From Diploschistes diacapsis (Eukaryota), in the NCBI GenBank assembly GCA_023645945.1, contig JALAIB010000048.1:1-41312 (forward strand): a DNA stretch of 41,312 nt. Direction: 5' to 3'. The position numbers and the translations under genes are program-made. Under the pieces are notes generated by a model. It was not told the origin of the DNA. It did no database searches and saw nothing but the letters and a program-made list of their open reading frames with translations. Positions 1 through 13,330 of this stretch are shown one piece after another (within the stretch, counting starts at the first letter, position 1; each line of letters opens with the position of its first letter).

Positions 1-123
1 GTGCTGGGTGAGGTGCTGGGGGCTGGTTTCGCGGGAGTGGATGGTCGTCAAGTTCATAACGGAGGAAAGCGTGGGTTGCAGCATGGTCGTGGGGTATGTT
101 AGAGTATAGTATATTACAGGCAC

Positions 124-2960
124 TTATGTAGGGTTGGTAACGACGTCCTCGTACTCTCTCGAGACTATCACGTCCAAAGTCCTCTGAAAGTGCCGCTTGG
201 GGCCTTCTAGCGACGCGCTCTCCTGGTTGGTTTGAAGGTTCGAATGTATAAGCTCGATGAGACCGTTGAGATATTTGACAGTGACCTGCGTGTAGATTAG
301 CAACGCGGCGCAAGATGTGTGTTAAGAGCACCTACCTGCTCGTTTTGCTGATCAAAGTAATATACGTATCGGTTCAGGATCTCGACGAAAAGCTCGACCG
401 ACACTGCGGAGTCCATGCAAGCATCTGCTACCCGCAAAGCCCTCTGCAGGCACTCAAGCACGCGCTTGCCGTCTCGGTATAGCTAGACCAAAGTCAGCAA
501 CATTGTTCCATCTTGAGGGGTTCCTCCCTTACGTCTTTCGAATCCTCTTCACCCCTTGCTCGAATATCTGTTGCCCACCACAAGTGACTAGCCAAGTACA
601 CTGCTCTGCATTGGTCGGGCTTCTTTAGTAGCTTGCTCCCATGAAGGGCGCATTTGGTAATCAGGGTATCGTAATTCTCTCGCGTGAACCCCCTAGTCTG
701 GTGCAATGCCCCTGCCAGCACACAAACAGCCTGGAACTGGGCTCTCGAATCGCTAATGGACTCCTCGTAGATTGTGAACGCCTGCGCAAAGAACTCGTAT
801 GCTACCTCTTCGAAGCCCGTCTGGTCGGCTATCTGGCCACAAGCAACGAACAACCGTAGGCAAAGTTCTGCAGCACCATTGACGCGGGTATATAGAGTTG
901 TTATCGAGCTATGCATGAACTTGTACAAGGCCGACGATTGAGATTGCCAGCCGTCCTCATAGTGCTCCCTTTTCTTGTAGCTCCTTGCAAGCTTTATCGA
1001 CAATGTAAGTAGAGCAGGCGTTGTGTACTTTATCCGTTCGTTGCCGTCCGCAAAGGCCTTCTTTGCCGCTTGCAGAAGCTTAAATTGGGTATCATTATCT
1101 GCTCCCTTAACAAGATGAACTATCCTGGCGAGCCATCCTTGTTCCTCTATGGTCTCATCGGTCTCGGCGTTTCGCCTTTGACTTGCGATACCTGGGTAGC
1201 CAGCAGGCTGTTGCGACCCCTCCCGAATCAATACACGTAGTATTTCAAGCACGCCCTCCAAGTTTTCGGTGGTTGATATAGCTGTCTGGTTCCGTAAAAG
1301 ACTCCTCGCAACCTCTCCAGCAACGGCGCGACGGGTGGGATATGTTTGCGCGTGAAGTAGTGGTACATAATGCGGAAGAGCAAGGGCGGTGAACAAGGAA
1401 AGGTAAGATTTAATGGGTGCTAAAAGAAGGCCAAGAATGTTCGACTGCGCTGGCTGTGAGTGGAGATCCGCACTATTTGCATATTGGTTCACTTTCTCGT
1501 TGGCGTAGGCGAGAACTTGATCGAGATAGTCCAGCCTATCTGGATAAATGTTGAGGGCAAGGTTTGCCAGTGACATCAAAAGCGCGATTGTGTCCTGTAT
1601 CGGCAATCTCTGGGCTTGCACAAGATGTATGACCTGGCCGTAGAATATCTCGTAAAGCTTGATGTGCGCGGGGATGCCTTGTGCCTTCTTCTCCGTTGCA
1701 CTGTCTTCTGTTTCAACATTATAGGGTTCCGAATTTTGTGTCTCTTTTGCCAAATCTCTCTGATCGGCTGGTTCAGTGCTTCGTTGTGTGTTCTCCGGCA
1801 ACTGTCCATTTACTTGCTCACTGTCTTGCTTGGGGGCTTTAGCACGGGCAGCTTGGGCTTCTCTGGAAATTCGGAGCTTATCAAGCAGCGCCACTACAGC
1901 ATCCTCTTCGGACTGCTTTCTCTGTCCAGGAGACAGCGGGACGGCCTCGTTTTGAGCGTACGATGATAACCTGTTCATCAACCCAATAACAATAGCCTTG
2001 ATGTTGACGTGAGGATTCAATCGCGCAATGGCTGGGAGGAGCTGATCGAGGGTATTGAGGTGAAATTCATCCGGAAATACTTGTGTAATGACTTATAGAG
2101 GGGTTAGTAGAACCAAAGGGAGTCAAAACTAGCATACCTTCGAGTAGGTACTCCTGAGCAAGAACGTCCCTACACTGGACGACTTGCTCTAAGAGGGGCT
2201 CTAATATCGTGTTCTTATACGTCTGGAGGTCCACTAGTTGACTGAGGCGTACCAAGTTATTTCCGACCAGCAACTGGAGTTCCTGGCGCTCTTTTGTCCT
2301 CTGCTCCCTCTCACGAGAGTGGCCTTGATGCTGCAAGCGAACCCAAAGCTTATTCATCTCAACGAAGTTCGTCAGAATGAAGCTAATAGAGTCCGAAATG
2401 TTCCCTTCCGGCCCGTCTCCCGTGCCTGTTGGTAAGAAGTCGCGTGCCTGGCCTGATAGGTAGTATCTCAGGAAGAGTCCTCTTATAGGATGCTGGATGC
2501 CTCTGCTCATCTCCATCATGTCCTTCATTATCTCCTTAACCGGCGCATCCTCGATACCCATGTAAATTGTGCCAACAGCGACCATGAGGTAAAGACGAGG
2601 GACGATGTTGCCTGCATACTGCACAAGTTCGTAGAGATCGGCGAGGTGATGTTCTGGGTGCGCTTCACGTATATGAACACCTAGGATCCTCAAGGCATCG
2701 AATACAGCCATGTAGAGCTCATAGTACTGCTTAGGGCCCAAAGTCGAAGCTCGAAGCTCGGCGCATAGCGAAGACCTGCTGGATTCAGCTCAGGTTTCTA
2801 TTATAGGAATCACGAAATCGTACGCGCATTTCAGAGCGTCCATAAGCTTCCCAGGAGTATCAAGACACCTCCGCATCTGGCTCGTATGCATGCGTACTGA
2901 GCCAAGTGCATTCTCGAGCAGCACCCCCTGGTCCTCGATTGCCTGTGGTGGTGCTGCCAT
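124..2960 (-). CDS. VPS35: Retromer cargo-recognition subunit Vps35 (5 exons: 2960-2824, 2775-2138, 2091-533, 482-336, 285-124)
   Basis: Spliced translation gives [11 protein letters not shown]...[101 protein letters not shown]. Four GT-AG introns of 46-50 nt keep the frame; TAA at 124-126. Confidence 0.97.
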
Positions 2961-3566
2961 TGTTGGGGATGCAGAGCGCCTGTGAGTAAGGCCTAAAGTC
3001 TTCTCCTTCTGTCCTGGCTGCGCCCGCAAGCCTGCGATTAATTGTAACACTTTGTCGGGTGCAGCATAGGGATTGCTTGACTGATATTATTTCCTAAGCA
3101 AGGTTAGCCGCAAGGTACGACGATTTGGCTTCCCCTACCGCATTTTAGCGGAGATAAGCTGAACATCTTACTGGTATTTAAAAGCTCACTGCCCTAGCTA
3201 GCATCCGAGTTCGGATAATCAAGATATCGAAATATTCAACTACTTGCCATCTGATCCCTGCCAATTTTAACGGATATTCGGGCACCTATACACCGCCTGC
3301 TCTCGCCTGTGTTCAGAAACTTTGGTATAGCAACAGCTAAATAGTTCGTTGTGTGGTGAGCTATCACGTAGAAGGAACTGTCCTCATGTCCGCGATCTGC
3401 GAACTACTCGAGGAGGCATTTGTTTCAGCTCTAGCTATATCAGTAATCAGAAGTGCTTTATCCGAGATCTGTCAAAGCCTATATAAGCTGTTTAATCTGA
3501 GCTGGAAAGAATGCCCACCTCTGAATGTGCAACTTGCTAATATCTGAGTACCGACAACCCATCAAC

Positions 3567-4423
3567 ATGACCATCCAGATCACAGGCTCCTCCGGCAAAA
3601 CGGCTCGACACCTCGCGGCCTTGCTTAAGCCCTCACACCAAATCTTGATAGCCTCGCGATCCGGGGCAGAGGTCGACGGGATACCTGCGGTCAAATTCGG
3701 CTGGTCAGACCCGGTTACGTACGCGAGCCCCTATTCACATCCGCAGTCACAGGCTAGTCCTATCAGTGCAGTATATCTGAGCCCGGCAACACAAATCCCT
3801 TGGACATCATGAAGCCCTTCATCGATACAGGTAAAGAGCATGGCGTCAAGCGCTTCGTGCTGTTAAGCGCCATCCGCGAGGACGAGACGACGCCGGGGAC
3901 CGGTAAAGTACACGCGTACCTCAAGCAGCTCGACGTCGAGTGGGCAGTCCTGCGACCGACCTGGTTCATGGGTCAGTCTCACAAGCGGAGACCTTGCGCC
4001 CTGTGCAGCTCATCACGCCCCAGAGAACTTCTCCGAGCAGCAGCATCTGCCAACGATCAGGGATGAATCAAGCATCTTCTCGGCGGCCGGCCACGGCAAG
4101 ATTTCCTTCGTCTCAACGGAGGACATTGCGGCGGTGGCCTGTGGCGCACTGACCGACGAGAAGCCGCATAATCGCGATTATGTGATCGTTGGCCCGGAGC
4201 TGCTTTCGCACTACGACTCTCCAAAGAGCAGCTCGTAGAGACCTTTGTGAGATACGGCCTGCCAGAGGCGTACGCGCAGAGGCTTGGTGGAGGCGAGGCG
4301 CGCGCCGCGACGGGTGAATTTGCGATTCTGAACGACGTGGTGGCTCAAGTGACTGGGCGGCCTGCGCTTACTATGCGCGAGTACATTGAGAAGAATAAGC
4401 AGGTGTGGCAGATGAAGCTCTAG
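3567..4423 (+). pseudogene. NmrA-like / agroclavine dehydrogenase (EasG-like) oxidoreductase, disrupted
   Basis: ITGSSGKTA Rossmann start, GVKRFVLLSA, WAVLRPTWFMENFSE (across an intron at ~3972-4023), VSTEDIAAVA, GPELLS, LNDVVAQVTGRP. Frameshift near 3778-3782; a second frameshift with apparent loss of ~20 codons near 4205-4220. Confidence 0.8.
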
Positions 4424-4896
4424 GCTTTGTGGGGAGCCCAAGAAGGAGAGATAGCTTGGGCCGATGGTTCCGGTTGACGGGACTGTATCCCAAATGATGC
4501 CCCGTTCACGATGCAGAAAGCATGATAACCTATAGAGATAGATATTGTATGGCGTCCTTCTATGTCCTATGTAATGGCCTTATTTGTAGAAAAGTGATAT
4601 TGACATTTGATTTATTATCAGTTCTGTGCACATTCACTGGTTATATGACACCGGGATTCTTCATTGAAAGTTTTGATTCATACTATGTAAGCTATTCCCA
4701 TGTTATGGGCACGAATCGAAGGTTCTCTCCCTTTGCAAAATCCTTGTACCCGGAAGTAGCCGAATAACGCCAATGCATGCCCCAAAAGTGTTTGCCAAAG
4801 TCAAGGGTATCACGACCACAACTCCAGTCGCTCGTGAGGTCCATGGATAGATATTGCTACTGTTTCTAATCAATTTCCACATATAATGCCAGCGTT

Positions 4897-5946
4897 TCAA
4901 ATGTAAGTCGGGACACTCTTGGCAGTTGATATCGTTGTGGTGGAATTCCAGTTCCAGTGCGACCATGTCGTGTGCCATATTCCATTGTCGTGAGTCGTGG
5001 TTGTAGCAGTAGTTGTAGCGAAAGATGAAGCCGTCGTGCTAACGCTAGAGTTCAGCACAGAGAGGACTGTGGGGACCGGTGTGAAGACCGGTGTAGGCAC
5101 CAGTAGAGTTGTCCAGAGTACAGCCGAGGTCGTCGGAAAGCTCGACCCTGTACTGTAGAAAGTTGACGAGGATAGATTTGTAGTACCAATAAGCGAAGAT
5201 GACGTCGTTGTAGCCGAGTTCACCGTATTGGTCGCTGAGGACGAGCTTGAGTAAAGTGAAGTGGCTGACGGCGACGAAATTGAGCTTGCGCTGGATGTTG
5301 TTGAGCTTGGCAAATGAGAGGATTGTGCCGGCGCTGTAGAAATGGCGGAAACGGTAGTCTGTGAGCCCGAAGGGCTCGATGACACGCTGGCAACAGTACT
5401 GTTTGAAGTACTAGTCGACTGTTGGCTTGGCGAAAGAGGAATATATGAACTCAGTGTCCAAGAAGTCTGCGATATTGAGGTCGCTGAGCTTGGTATTGGA
5501 GCAACTGAGCTTGAAGGTAGCAAATCAGATGAGCTGGATAGTGAGCTATGCGATGTTTGAGGGATTGGAGTCGTGGTTGAAGACGAAGGGACCGAAGTAG
5601 TGGTGGGGTTTTGGGCAGTCAATGATGATGTGTCTGTCGGTGGTCCAGGATTGACTACAGTCAGCGAAAATGGGCTGCACTTGGCGCAGACGGTCGTAAC
5701 TGGAACATCTGTGATTGTGACGGTTGCTGGATTTGGTGAGATCGTGGTTGCCACCGTCTTCACAACTGTGACGTGCGCGGAAAATGCGGATGATGCAGAG
5801 GCACCCGCGCCGCCATCTACTGGAACGACAGACCAGGTTGGCTTACTGCTCCGAGCCTCGAGCTGACGAAGATTCTCGATCGCCAGAGGCGCCGCGACCG
5901 TAGTTAGTGGATGCAGAAGCAGAATCAAGATACCGGCCAAGAGCAT
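4897..5946 (-). CDS. Secreted Ser/Thr-rich (mucin-like, probable cell-surface) protein
   Basis: Single open frame from ATG 5946; signal peptide MLLAGILILLLHPLTTVAAP, WSVVPVDGG motif, long S/T/P tract, C-terminal DNGIWHTTWSHWN. Confidence 0.85.
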   Translation of the reverse strand: MLLAGILILLLHPLTTVAAPLAIENLRQLEARSSKPTWSVVPVDGGAGASASSAFSAHVTVVKTVATTISPNPATVTITDVPVTTVCAKCSPFSLTVVNPGPPTDTSSLTAQNPTTTSVPSSSTTTPIPQTSHSSLSSSSDLLPSSSVAPIPSSATSISQTSWTLSSYIPLSPSQQSTSTSNSTVASVSSSPSGSQTTVSAISTAPAQSSHLPSSTTSSASSISSPSATSLYSSSSSATNTVNSATTTSSSLIGTTNLSSSTFYSTGSSFPTTSAVLWTTLLVPTPVFTPVPTVLSVLNSSVSTTASSFATTTATTTTHDNGIWHTTWSHWNWNSTTTISTAKSVPTYI

Positions 5947-5966
5947 CTTTGCAGTAGACAATCAAG

Positions 5967-5970
<4 letters not shown>

Positions 5971-6014
<44 letters not shown>
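5971..6014. repeat. (AG)22 microsatellite
   Basis: Perfect dinucleotide run about 25 nt upstream of the minus-strand ATG at 5946. Confidence 0.97.
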
Positions 6015-6015
<1 letters not shown>

Positions 6016-6391
6016 AGGAAAGATCCGCAGAAGGGACCGCGCAGATGTCGGTATGCGAAATGTCGGTAAAGAGAGAAAAACGGTATTTACCTTGCATGTT
6101 GAAATTATGCTTCCATACTTTGATGATTCCATCAAGTGCTGGTGGTTAGTCGCAGGTTCAAAAACATGGAGGTTGGATAGAGATTATGAGGCTGGGAGAT
6201 TCTGGCATGTTTTGTGGCAAGTGCTTAAGCGAGCTTGGCAAACATGCCCGATCTCTCTACAATATAAGCGAGTTTTCAAACCCTAATCAATCAAGCCAAG
6301 CTCCTTACAGACATCATTTGCAATATAGCTCGTTTTTTTCTCAAACGAACTTCGGCCCGGTCGAACCAGTCAAGCAGAAATGGAATGCCAC

Positions 6392-7667
6392 CTAAGAATG
6401 GCCGGTAATCTCTTTTGGCTGATATAGCTCTTCCAGGTATTTCTCTTCTTCCTCAGTGAGAATCTTGCCCTTTGCTTCGATTGACTCCTCCATCCTCTCA
6501 ATGGAGCTAAATCCAATGATTGGACTCGATATACGCTTGTTGATCCATGCAAGTGCGACTTGGCTCATTTTCCATCCGTGTTTCTTAGCAATCTCCTCTA
6601 CCCGCTCAATGGTCTTGAGGTCTGACTCAACACCGGCACCCGAGCTTCTTCCCCCTGACTCCTTTTCACCAGAGCCGCGCATTGATTCTCCGAAGGCTGA
6701 TGGAGGTCTTGCGAGATGACCACGGCAAAGCGGAGCCCACTTTTTAGGGTTAGCGAGCAGCGCCCAGCAATCGGGCAAGGAGCGGGCTTGAAATCCCGTA
6801 CTCGAAGTCCTGGGCAGGCGCAAGACTTACTGGAATCAAGCCGACACCGGTCTCGTTGCAGAACTTGTTCATTTCTCGCTCCTCTTCGCGGTAAAGAAGA
6901 TTGTAATGGTTCTGCATGCTGACAAACTTTGTCCAGCCATGCTTCTCAGCACAGAACTGCATTTGCGCAAACCTGAAGGATTGTCATTTGAGCGGATCTA
7001 TCCATAATCTCGAATGGGGAGCACATACTGGTAGGTCCACATTGAGCTTGCACCAATGTATCTTACTTTGCCGCTTCGAACAAGGTCGTGGAGTGCTTCC
7101 ATGGTCTCCGCAATTGGTGTGTCTTTATCGAAACGGTGAATCTGCAGCAAATCGATGTAGTCTGTCTGCAACCTCTTCAGGGAAGCCTCCACAGCATTCA
7201 AGATGGCCGCTCTAGAAAGCCCTAACCTTCATTAACACAGAACTACAATCGTGGTATGACCCACCTCTCTGATTAACATAATCCCTACTCCTCGCAATCT
7301 CGTCCGGATACTTCATCGTCGACAGCGGCAGCTCCTCCGCAACCGCGCCAAAGCACTTTGTGAGAATTATCACCTTATGCCGTGGGATTTCGTACTTCTT
7401 CATCGCCTTCCCAATACAAATTTCAGAGTAGCCTGCGCTATAGACATTCGCTGTGTCCCAGGTGTTGAGTCCACGGTCATATGCTGCCTTGATGAGGGGC
7501 AGAGCGGCCTCCTCGTCAAGGACCCACGGCATCCACTTGGAGCTGCCGAAGCTCATGGCGCCCATGATGGGCATAGAGACCTTGAGGCCGGTGTTCCCGA
7601 GGCGTTTGTATTCGCATTTAGAATGAGATAGAGACTCTTTGAGAGAGGGGGGCATTTCCTCGGACAT
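6392..7667 (-). CDS. Aldo-keto reductase, aryl-alcohol dehydrogenase-like (4 exons: 7667-7265, 7221-7029, 6972-6831, 6739-6392)
   Basis: [85 protein letters not shown]; three frame-preserving GT-AG introns. Confidence 0.93.
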
Positions 7668-8240
7668 CTTGGCTGGGTAGAGAAGGCGAACTTAGCTGTA
7701 AGGAGAGTAACATGGAAATCAAAAGAAGAGATTGTGATTGTGGCTACAATTGTGGAAAGTGATTGCCTGTAGGTTATTGAGAATTGAAATCGATCCAAAG
7801 CGAAATTGAGGGAATGAGCTATTTGTACTACCACTTGCAGAACAGGCCGACTACCTAAAACGAACATTTTCCTTCTTAAGGGATATGACCAATCAAGTCA
7901 TCATTGTACATCTTGCGGGTAAAGATCTTGTCCTTTGGAAGGCTGTACGAGGGGTAAAGCGGGGCAGCTACATGTACTTGTCGACAATGGCCCTATGCTA
8001 TAGACTTGTTTGTGCGTAGAATGCATTGCGTTGAGAAGGGTTGAACGCGGTTAAACAAGAAAATGCATTTTGATATCGCAACCCTATCTGGAAACTTTCC
8101 CACCAGCCTGCTGTAGACAAAACAGACTTCCCATTTAATCGCTCTAGCATCCAAAACTGTAACAAATTTGACTCCCGTGAAAGGTTCGTTTCGCCAAACG
8201 CACCAGAAGCTATCTTGAACTGTTCAGCCAAGTCTCGAAA

Positions 8241-9375
8241 CTAATCGCTGCTCGAATTTGACTTTCGAGTCTCAAACTTGGTGGTAGCAGCGTCGAGGTA
8301 GCTCTTTGGCACCCACGGATAGGCGTCGCCAAACCGCTCGACCACGAGACCAGCACTTCCAGGATCTTTGAACCCTCTCTCGAGCTGCCTTTCGTAGCTG
8401 ACCTGTCTCAGCCTCTCTGATTCACGTGGCGTCAGCCTAAGGTAGATTTCGACACAAACGGCGTGCAGAAACAGAGCCAGGACACCAGACATGCCAAAAT
8501 TCATACCCCAAAGCAGCGGCTGCATTCATGACGCTTTGTCCATTGAGATCGGCTTTGACCACAACGTAGCCATCCAGAGCCCACTGAGCATTTGTCGGGT
8601 TACAGGCAGGAAAGTCGTTGTAGACATTCGTAGCGTTATTCTTGTAGGTGAAGAGCATCTCTGAGCATGGGAATGCCCCGTACTGCTGCGATTCCGGCCA
8701 ACTGCTTTGCACTGAGGTCGCGATCACTTGAATCAGGCGTAAAGAAATGATCGAGGCAAAGTAAAACCAGGCGCGCAACATCCATGCTCGGTGTTGATCG
8801 ATCTGTAAGCGCTTGATGTTGATGTATGCAAGGACAAGGGAAATAGTGGTAATGATCACTAGCACCCCAACAAATACTTGAGTCACGATATCTCCACCAA
8901 AGGCGTGGTTTACAACCATAATGGCACCAGCGTCGCTTACAGCCACTAGCAGGAAGATGACATAGCCAGCGATGCGATGGTATAGTATGGCCTTGTAGCA
9001 TATAAGTGGGACAAACTGGAAAGCGGCAAGCAGAGGAGCAGGAAGAATGGTGCCCGGGTGCAGAATGATCCCGATCTTGTTCCTCGGAAAGTTCTCGTAC
9101 CAGTAACATTCGCCGGGAGCGGCTGTGAATCCACCCTGGCCATTGGGGTTACAGAAGACCTTCCAGATATTGAGGTATTCGAACCGTGCTAGGGTAAACC
9201 CCAAGAAGGCGCCGTCGAAAATGAACCCTTCGCAAAATTAATAGACATACTTGAGATTTGGAATGGCTGACTCACAGAGGATTGCGTTGTATCCCTTGCT
9301 GAACCCCAAAGGGTTGTAGATTTTTCAAGCTACCCGCACAAAATTATTGGACGGAGGACGGTCAACAGTAACCAT
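8241..9375 (-). pseudogene. DUF2306-like multi-pass membrane protein, disrupted
   Basis: MVTVDRPP...VA*KIYNPLGFSKGYN, intron 9228-9275, LQFVP-like FQFVP, YHRIAGY, RLQIDQHRAWMLRAWFY, EIYLRLTPRESERLRQVSYERQLERG. In-frame TGA at 9325-9327 and a +1 frameshift in the G run near 8506-8509. Confidence 0.85.
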
Positions 9376-10070
9376 GATGGAGGGAAGATGCAATGTATCG
9401 AAAGCTGAAATGACTAAAAGAAGATGAACAGAGACGGGGAGGTATGAGCTTGGATTCGAGCGGAGGAACTCAAGCAAGACTTCAATTTGGAATACTAAAG
9501 AAAGCGCTCCATATATATAGGCCTCCTGCCACGAGGTGCATCGCATGGGCATCAGTGGTTAACGCCATACCGGTGCCCACAAGACGTTCGATGGGGAAAT
9601 ACTGAAACAAGGTTGAAGCTCTTTTGCGGTACAAGATGAGATAATGACTTTTAATTCAGTCTTGATAATTAGCTCTGCGGTGAGCAAGGAGACTGGCAGA
9701 CTAGACTCAGCCTCTATGCTAACCTTATAGTAGTCACGCGTCTTGAAGCCTAGTTAGAATATCGCACTGACCGAGTGGGATATCGTTATAAGTCTGTAGG
9801 ATTGTAGGATCATGATGCGAAGTTTGATATCTTGTCGATGCTGCGTCATCGCATTAAGCCCTACCGAACTTAGAACACTTCCTAAAGCTTGGACCTTTCC
9901 GCGTCTTAAGAGTTTCGCGCTGCAATTGTCCCGATTCTTTCCGTATGAGCTGTAGTTGGTTACTAGCCATTTCGCGTCAAGCTACGCAAGGTAATTCATA
10001 CTGTCGGTCGAGCTCCCACTGATATGTTATAGCTATCTCTGTTTCTAGGTACGATATTTAGTTTCCGGAA

Positions 10071-11888
10071 ATGGTCGGCATACCAGGTAAGGCTGTCGGT
10101 CCGTCTGTATGTTGCTCACTAATATCATGCTTCAAGGTAAATCTAAAGGGATGTCACACGTGTAGGCGTCGGAAGATCAAGTTCGTGTCCGAGCCAATGT
10201 GGCATAACGCTTTTGTAACGCTGAGATGTCTAGATGCGATTTAGCGGAGCCCTCATGTAAGCAGTGTTTAAAAAGCCGTCGAGAATGCGAAGGCTATAGC
10301 AAAGGAGCGGTCTTTCTGAATCGAACGGTGAAGGGGCTGATGAGAAGGGGTCACCTTGAAGAAGCCATTTCCAATCAGTCCGCCCCAACCGTGCAAGGCT
10401 CACGGTCAGGCGGCAAATTAAGCAATCAACTTTCAGTGTATCGTCTCCCGCCACAAATCGATAGTACAGATGCCACAAAGTCGATCCTGGAAGGCTCTTT
10501 CCTAGAGAGGGTTTTGGCATCTGAGAGCTCTCTGGGATGGTCCTCGCCGGCGGTATTCCTTAAGGAGGTAATGCTCTCCGCAAGTCGAGGGTCGGTCTTA
10601 GAACCAGCGATACAGGCTCTCTGGATGTCTATGATGGGCCACATGGCTAGTAACCAGGATTTGTCTTTCCAAGGCAATCAGAGTTACAGCAGAAGCCTTC
10701 GCCAGTTACATCGACGATTATCAAGCCCTGAGGTCACCATTAACGATAAAGTTCTGGCCACGGCTGAAATCCTAGGCTTGTACGAGATGGGTGACATAAA
10801 GTCTAAACCAGTAAAGATGAGCTCTAAGCAACTTTGAAGCTCTACGAAGCAACCACAAATAGTGTTGCAGCACACGATAAGCACGTTGCTGGATTAATCC
10901 AGCTTTTTCAGTGGCGCGGCAGTAAAAGTAGTTAACGAATCTAGATTAAGTAAGCAGGTTTTACGGGTTGTGAGATTCAGTGCGGTACGTTTAATCTACT
11001 GATCAATTATCTTTCATGCTTTCTCCTGCCAGCTTCAATGGCCTGGCAATTTTATGTTGAGATCCTAACGGGAGGCAGATGGTATATGGCATACAGTATC
11101 GTCAACGGTGACCACTGGGTGACCCGGAATGGAGAACTAAATCACGAGAGTCCATCGATGATTATGAGCAGAGTCCTCTCGACATTGGCTTCGACGTCGG
11201 AGCGCTACTCGAGTTTATGATGGCTTTTGTGAAGGTCCGCATGCAACCAGAGACGCCTAATCAATCACCACTGCGAACCTTTCCGAAACGACTGCAACAA
11301 ACCATTGAGGTTAACAAGTCGCTTGAAACCTGGTGGGAAGATTTCGTAGCTTGGGCCCCGAAGCCCTTGTACATTCAAAGCTCTACCTCTCAGTCTGTAC
11401 CGGAGTGTACTTTCGTATACCAAGACCTCCGTCTCGCGCACCTCTGCATGATCCATTGGGCATTACAGCTTGTTCTGTGTATAATAATGACGCGCATATC
11501 AGACCACACGCCTGCAGATGCCAAAGCAACAGCTGGCGTGCAACAATTCCTTGCCGTTGCCTCACGGCACGGTGGAGACTTCCAGCTCGCAACAGCCACG
11601 AAGATAACAAACTCAATCGGCTACACTCGACGACCAGAGATGGGCTATGTTGGCCCACAAATAACACTGTTTCCTATCCGTGTCGCACTCACAATATTCC
11701 ATCATTTGCCAGGGTCATATCCACGATATCAAGCTCCAACACTCGCAGAGCGTATGAAAAGTATGGCTCCTGAATATGGGCTTAGGTTTGCCGAGGATCT
11801 TGAGACTCGTGAGGAAGACTTGAACGTGATGGTAGCAGTTCCCATCAGCAATCTGAATTGGAAAGCTAAACCAGAGGACGAATTGTGA
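10071..11888 (+). pseudogene. Zn(II)2Cys6 fungal transcription factor, disrupted
   Basis: Reconstructs as MVGIPGKSKG-CHTCRRRKIKCDLAEPSCKQCLKSRRECEGY (introns ~10087-10136 and 10181-10233), but only with removal of one G at 10148-10150. Further frameshift in the A run near 10924-10927, a probable dead donor (ATGGGT) at 10787 and more lesions around 11030-11220. Confidence 0.8.
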
Positions 11889-12414
11889 GCAGCGCCATAA
11901 GAAACAGATGGCCAACGGAGCAGCCAACACCCTAGCTAGAAGCTGTCTACATCTGGAACACTAGTATGAGCTACTGCCATTCGCAGGATTGTCGCATGGC
12001 AATAGGTGTGTTACCGCCGGTAATTCATGTGCGCCTCAAGGTCAAACCATGGAGTCTGGTATCCTGATGTTTCGATACATTCAGCTGTTATCCCTTCTTA
12101 TAGTTCATGGGGAGGGTATGGCAGACAGTGTTTGCACAAATGCTTTATAAGTAAACGTGCCTAATAATGCTGACACAGATCATTCGTCGATAGTCGTTAA
12201 AGCTGCAGGGCGCAACTTGCTTGTCTGGTTGCTATGCGGGGCCACCCTCGGCATCAAAAGATATTTAGAAGCTGCTTCACTACTGAGATGACGACGCATT
12301 ACAAGTTGACCCAACTAATCCATATACAATCGCCCAGCATCATGGTGAGCTCTGCGCATCTAAATGCGGCACCCCGATCAAGCACTCTCACATCTCACAA
12401 ACTCACACCTCACA

Positions 12415-13330
12415 ATGGCCGCCTCCCTGCCCCTCATAACGCTCGAAGGGCACTTCAGCTCCACCACCGCCACAACCGCGCCCCAACTCCAAACATGGGG
12501 TCCCCAGATGGCCACAAAGCTCACCTCCCTCTCCGATCAATGCCTCCATGACATGTCTGCATGCCGCCGCCCGCCAGCACCCCGATTGCTTTTCACCACT
12601 TGCGAGCCTGCCGATGGCACACCCCTCCGACGCCGTCGCCGAATTCAAGCGGACGGTCACGGAACTCGGGCTCGTAGGCGCGCTGGTGGATAATCACTCC
12701 GAAGGCGAGCTCTACGACGGAGAGCGCTTCGGGCCGATCCGGAAGGAGGCGGTAAGGCTGGACGTACCGGTCTACCTGCACCCTAGCTTTGCGACGGACG
12801 AGATGATGCAGGTCAATTATCGGGGCAACTATCCCAAGGACGTGGCGGCGCATTTGAGCAAGCACGTCTTCGGATGGCACGCGGAGACCGGGTAAGCCAA
12901 TGGTCTAGTTCGCTCCCTCAAGGCAATCCAGCGGACTACGGCTCTTGCAAAGCAAGGAAGCACACGCTAACCTGAGACTGGCCCTTGGGCTGCATTTCCT
13001 TCGCCCCTTCGCCTCCGGCCTCTTCGACCGCCCGCCCACCCTCAAGCTCGTGCTAGGCCACATGGACGAAACAATCCCCTTCATGTTGGGCCGACAGGCG
13101 CGGCGGACGGAAGCTTGGACGCACGTTCGGCGGCCCCTACGCGAGGTCTGGCGCTCAAACGTGCATGTCACGACCAGCGGTATGTTTGACACGAGGCCGC
13201 TGGAGTGCCTGCTTAAAAGCATGCCGCTGGAGCACGTGCTGTATAGCGTTGATTATCCGTTTTCGTCGAATGAGACGGGGGCAATGTTTGTGGAGGAGGT
13301 GGAGAGAAGGGGGGTGTTGGAAGGGGAGGC
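12415..13330 (+). pseudogene. Amidohydrolase-2 family aromatic-acid decarboxylase (2,3-dihydroxybenzoate decarboxylase-like), disrupted and 3' truncated
   Basis: LITLEGHF, LASLPMAHP, LGLVGALVDNH, LDVPVYLHPS, FGWHAETG, LKLVLGHM, NVHVTTSGMFD, VLYSVDYPF. Frameshifting deletion near 12550-12560, no clean acceptor for the intron starting at 12892, and the usual terminal NA..LL helix is missing. Confidence 0.85.

Noticed and set aside
1..84. Minus-strand ATG-initiated frame (MLQPTLSSV...) running off the window edge
   Set aside because: Only 28 codons visible, starts ~40 nt after the VPS35 stop, and no recognisable motif.
3567..4423. Ergot alkaloid gene cluster suggested by the EasG-like gene
   Set aside because: No dmaW, easF, easC, easE or NRPS neighbours in the window; stand-alone NmrA-like homologues are common and this one is broken.
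9547..9596. tRNA-like words CAGTGGTTAA and GTTCGAT with a GGGCATC/GGTGCCC hairpin
   Set aside because: No cloverleaf: T stem and acceptor stem cannot be formed.
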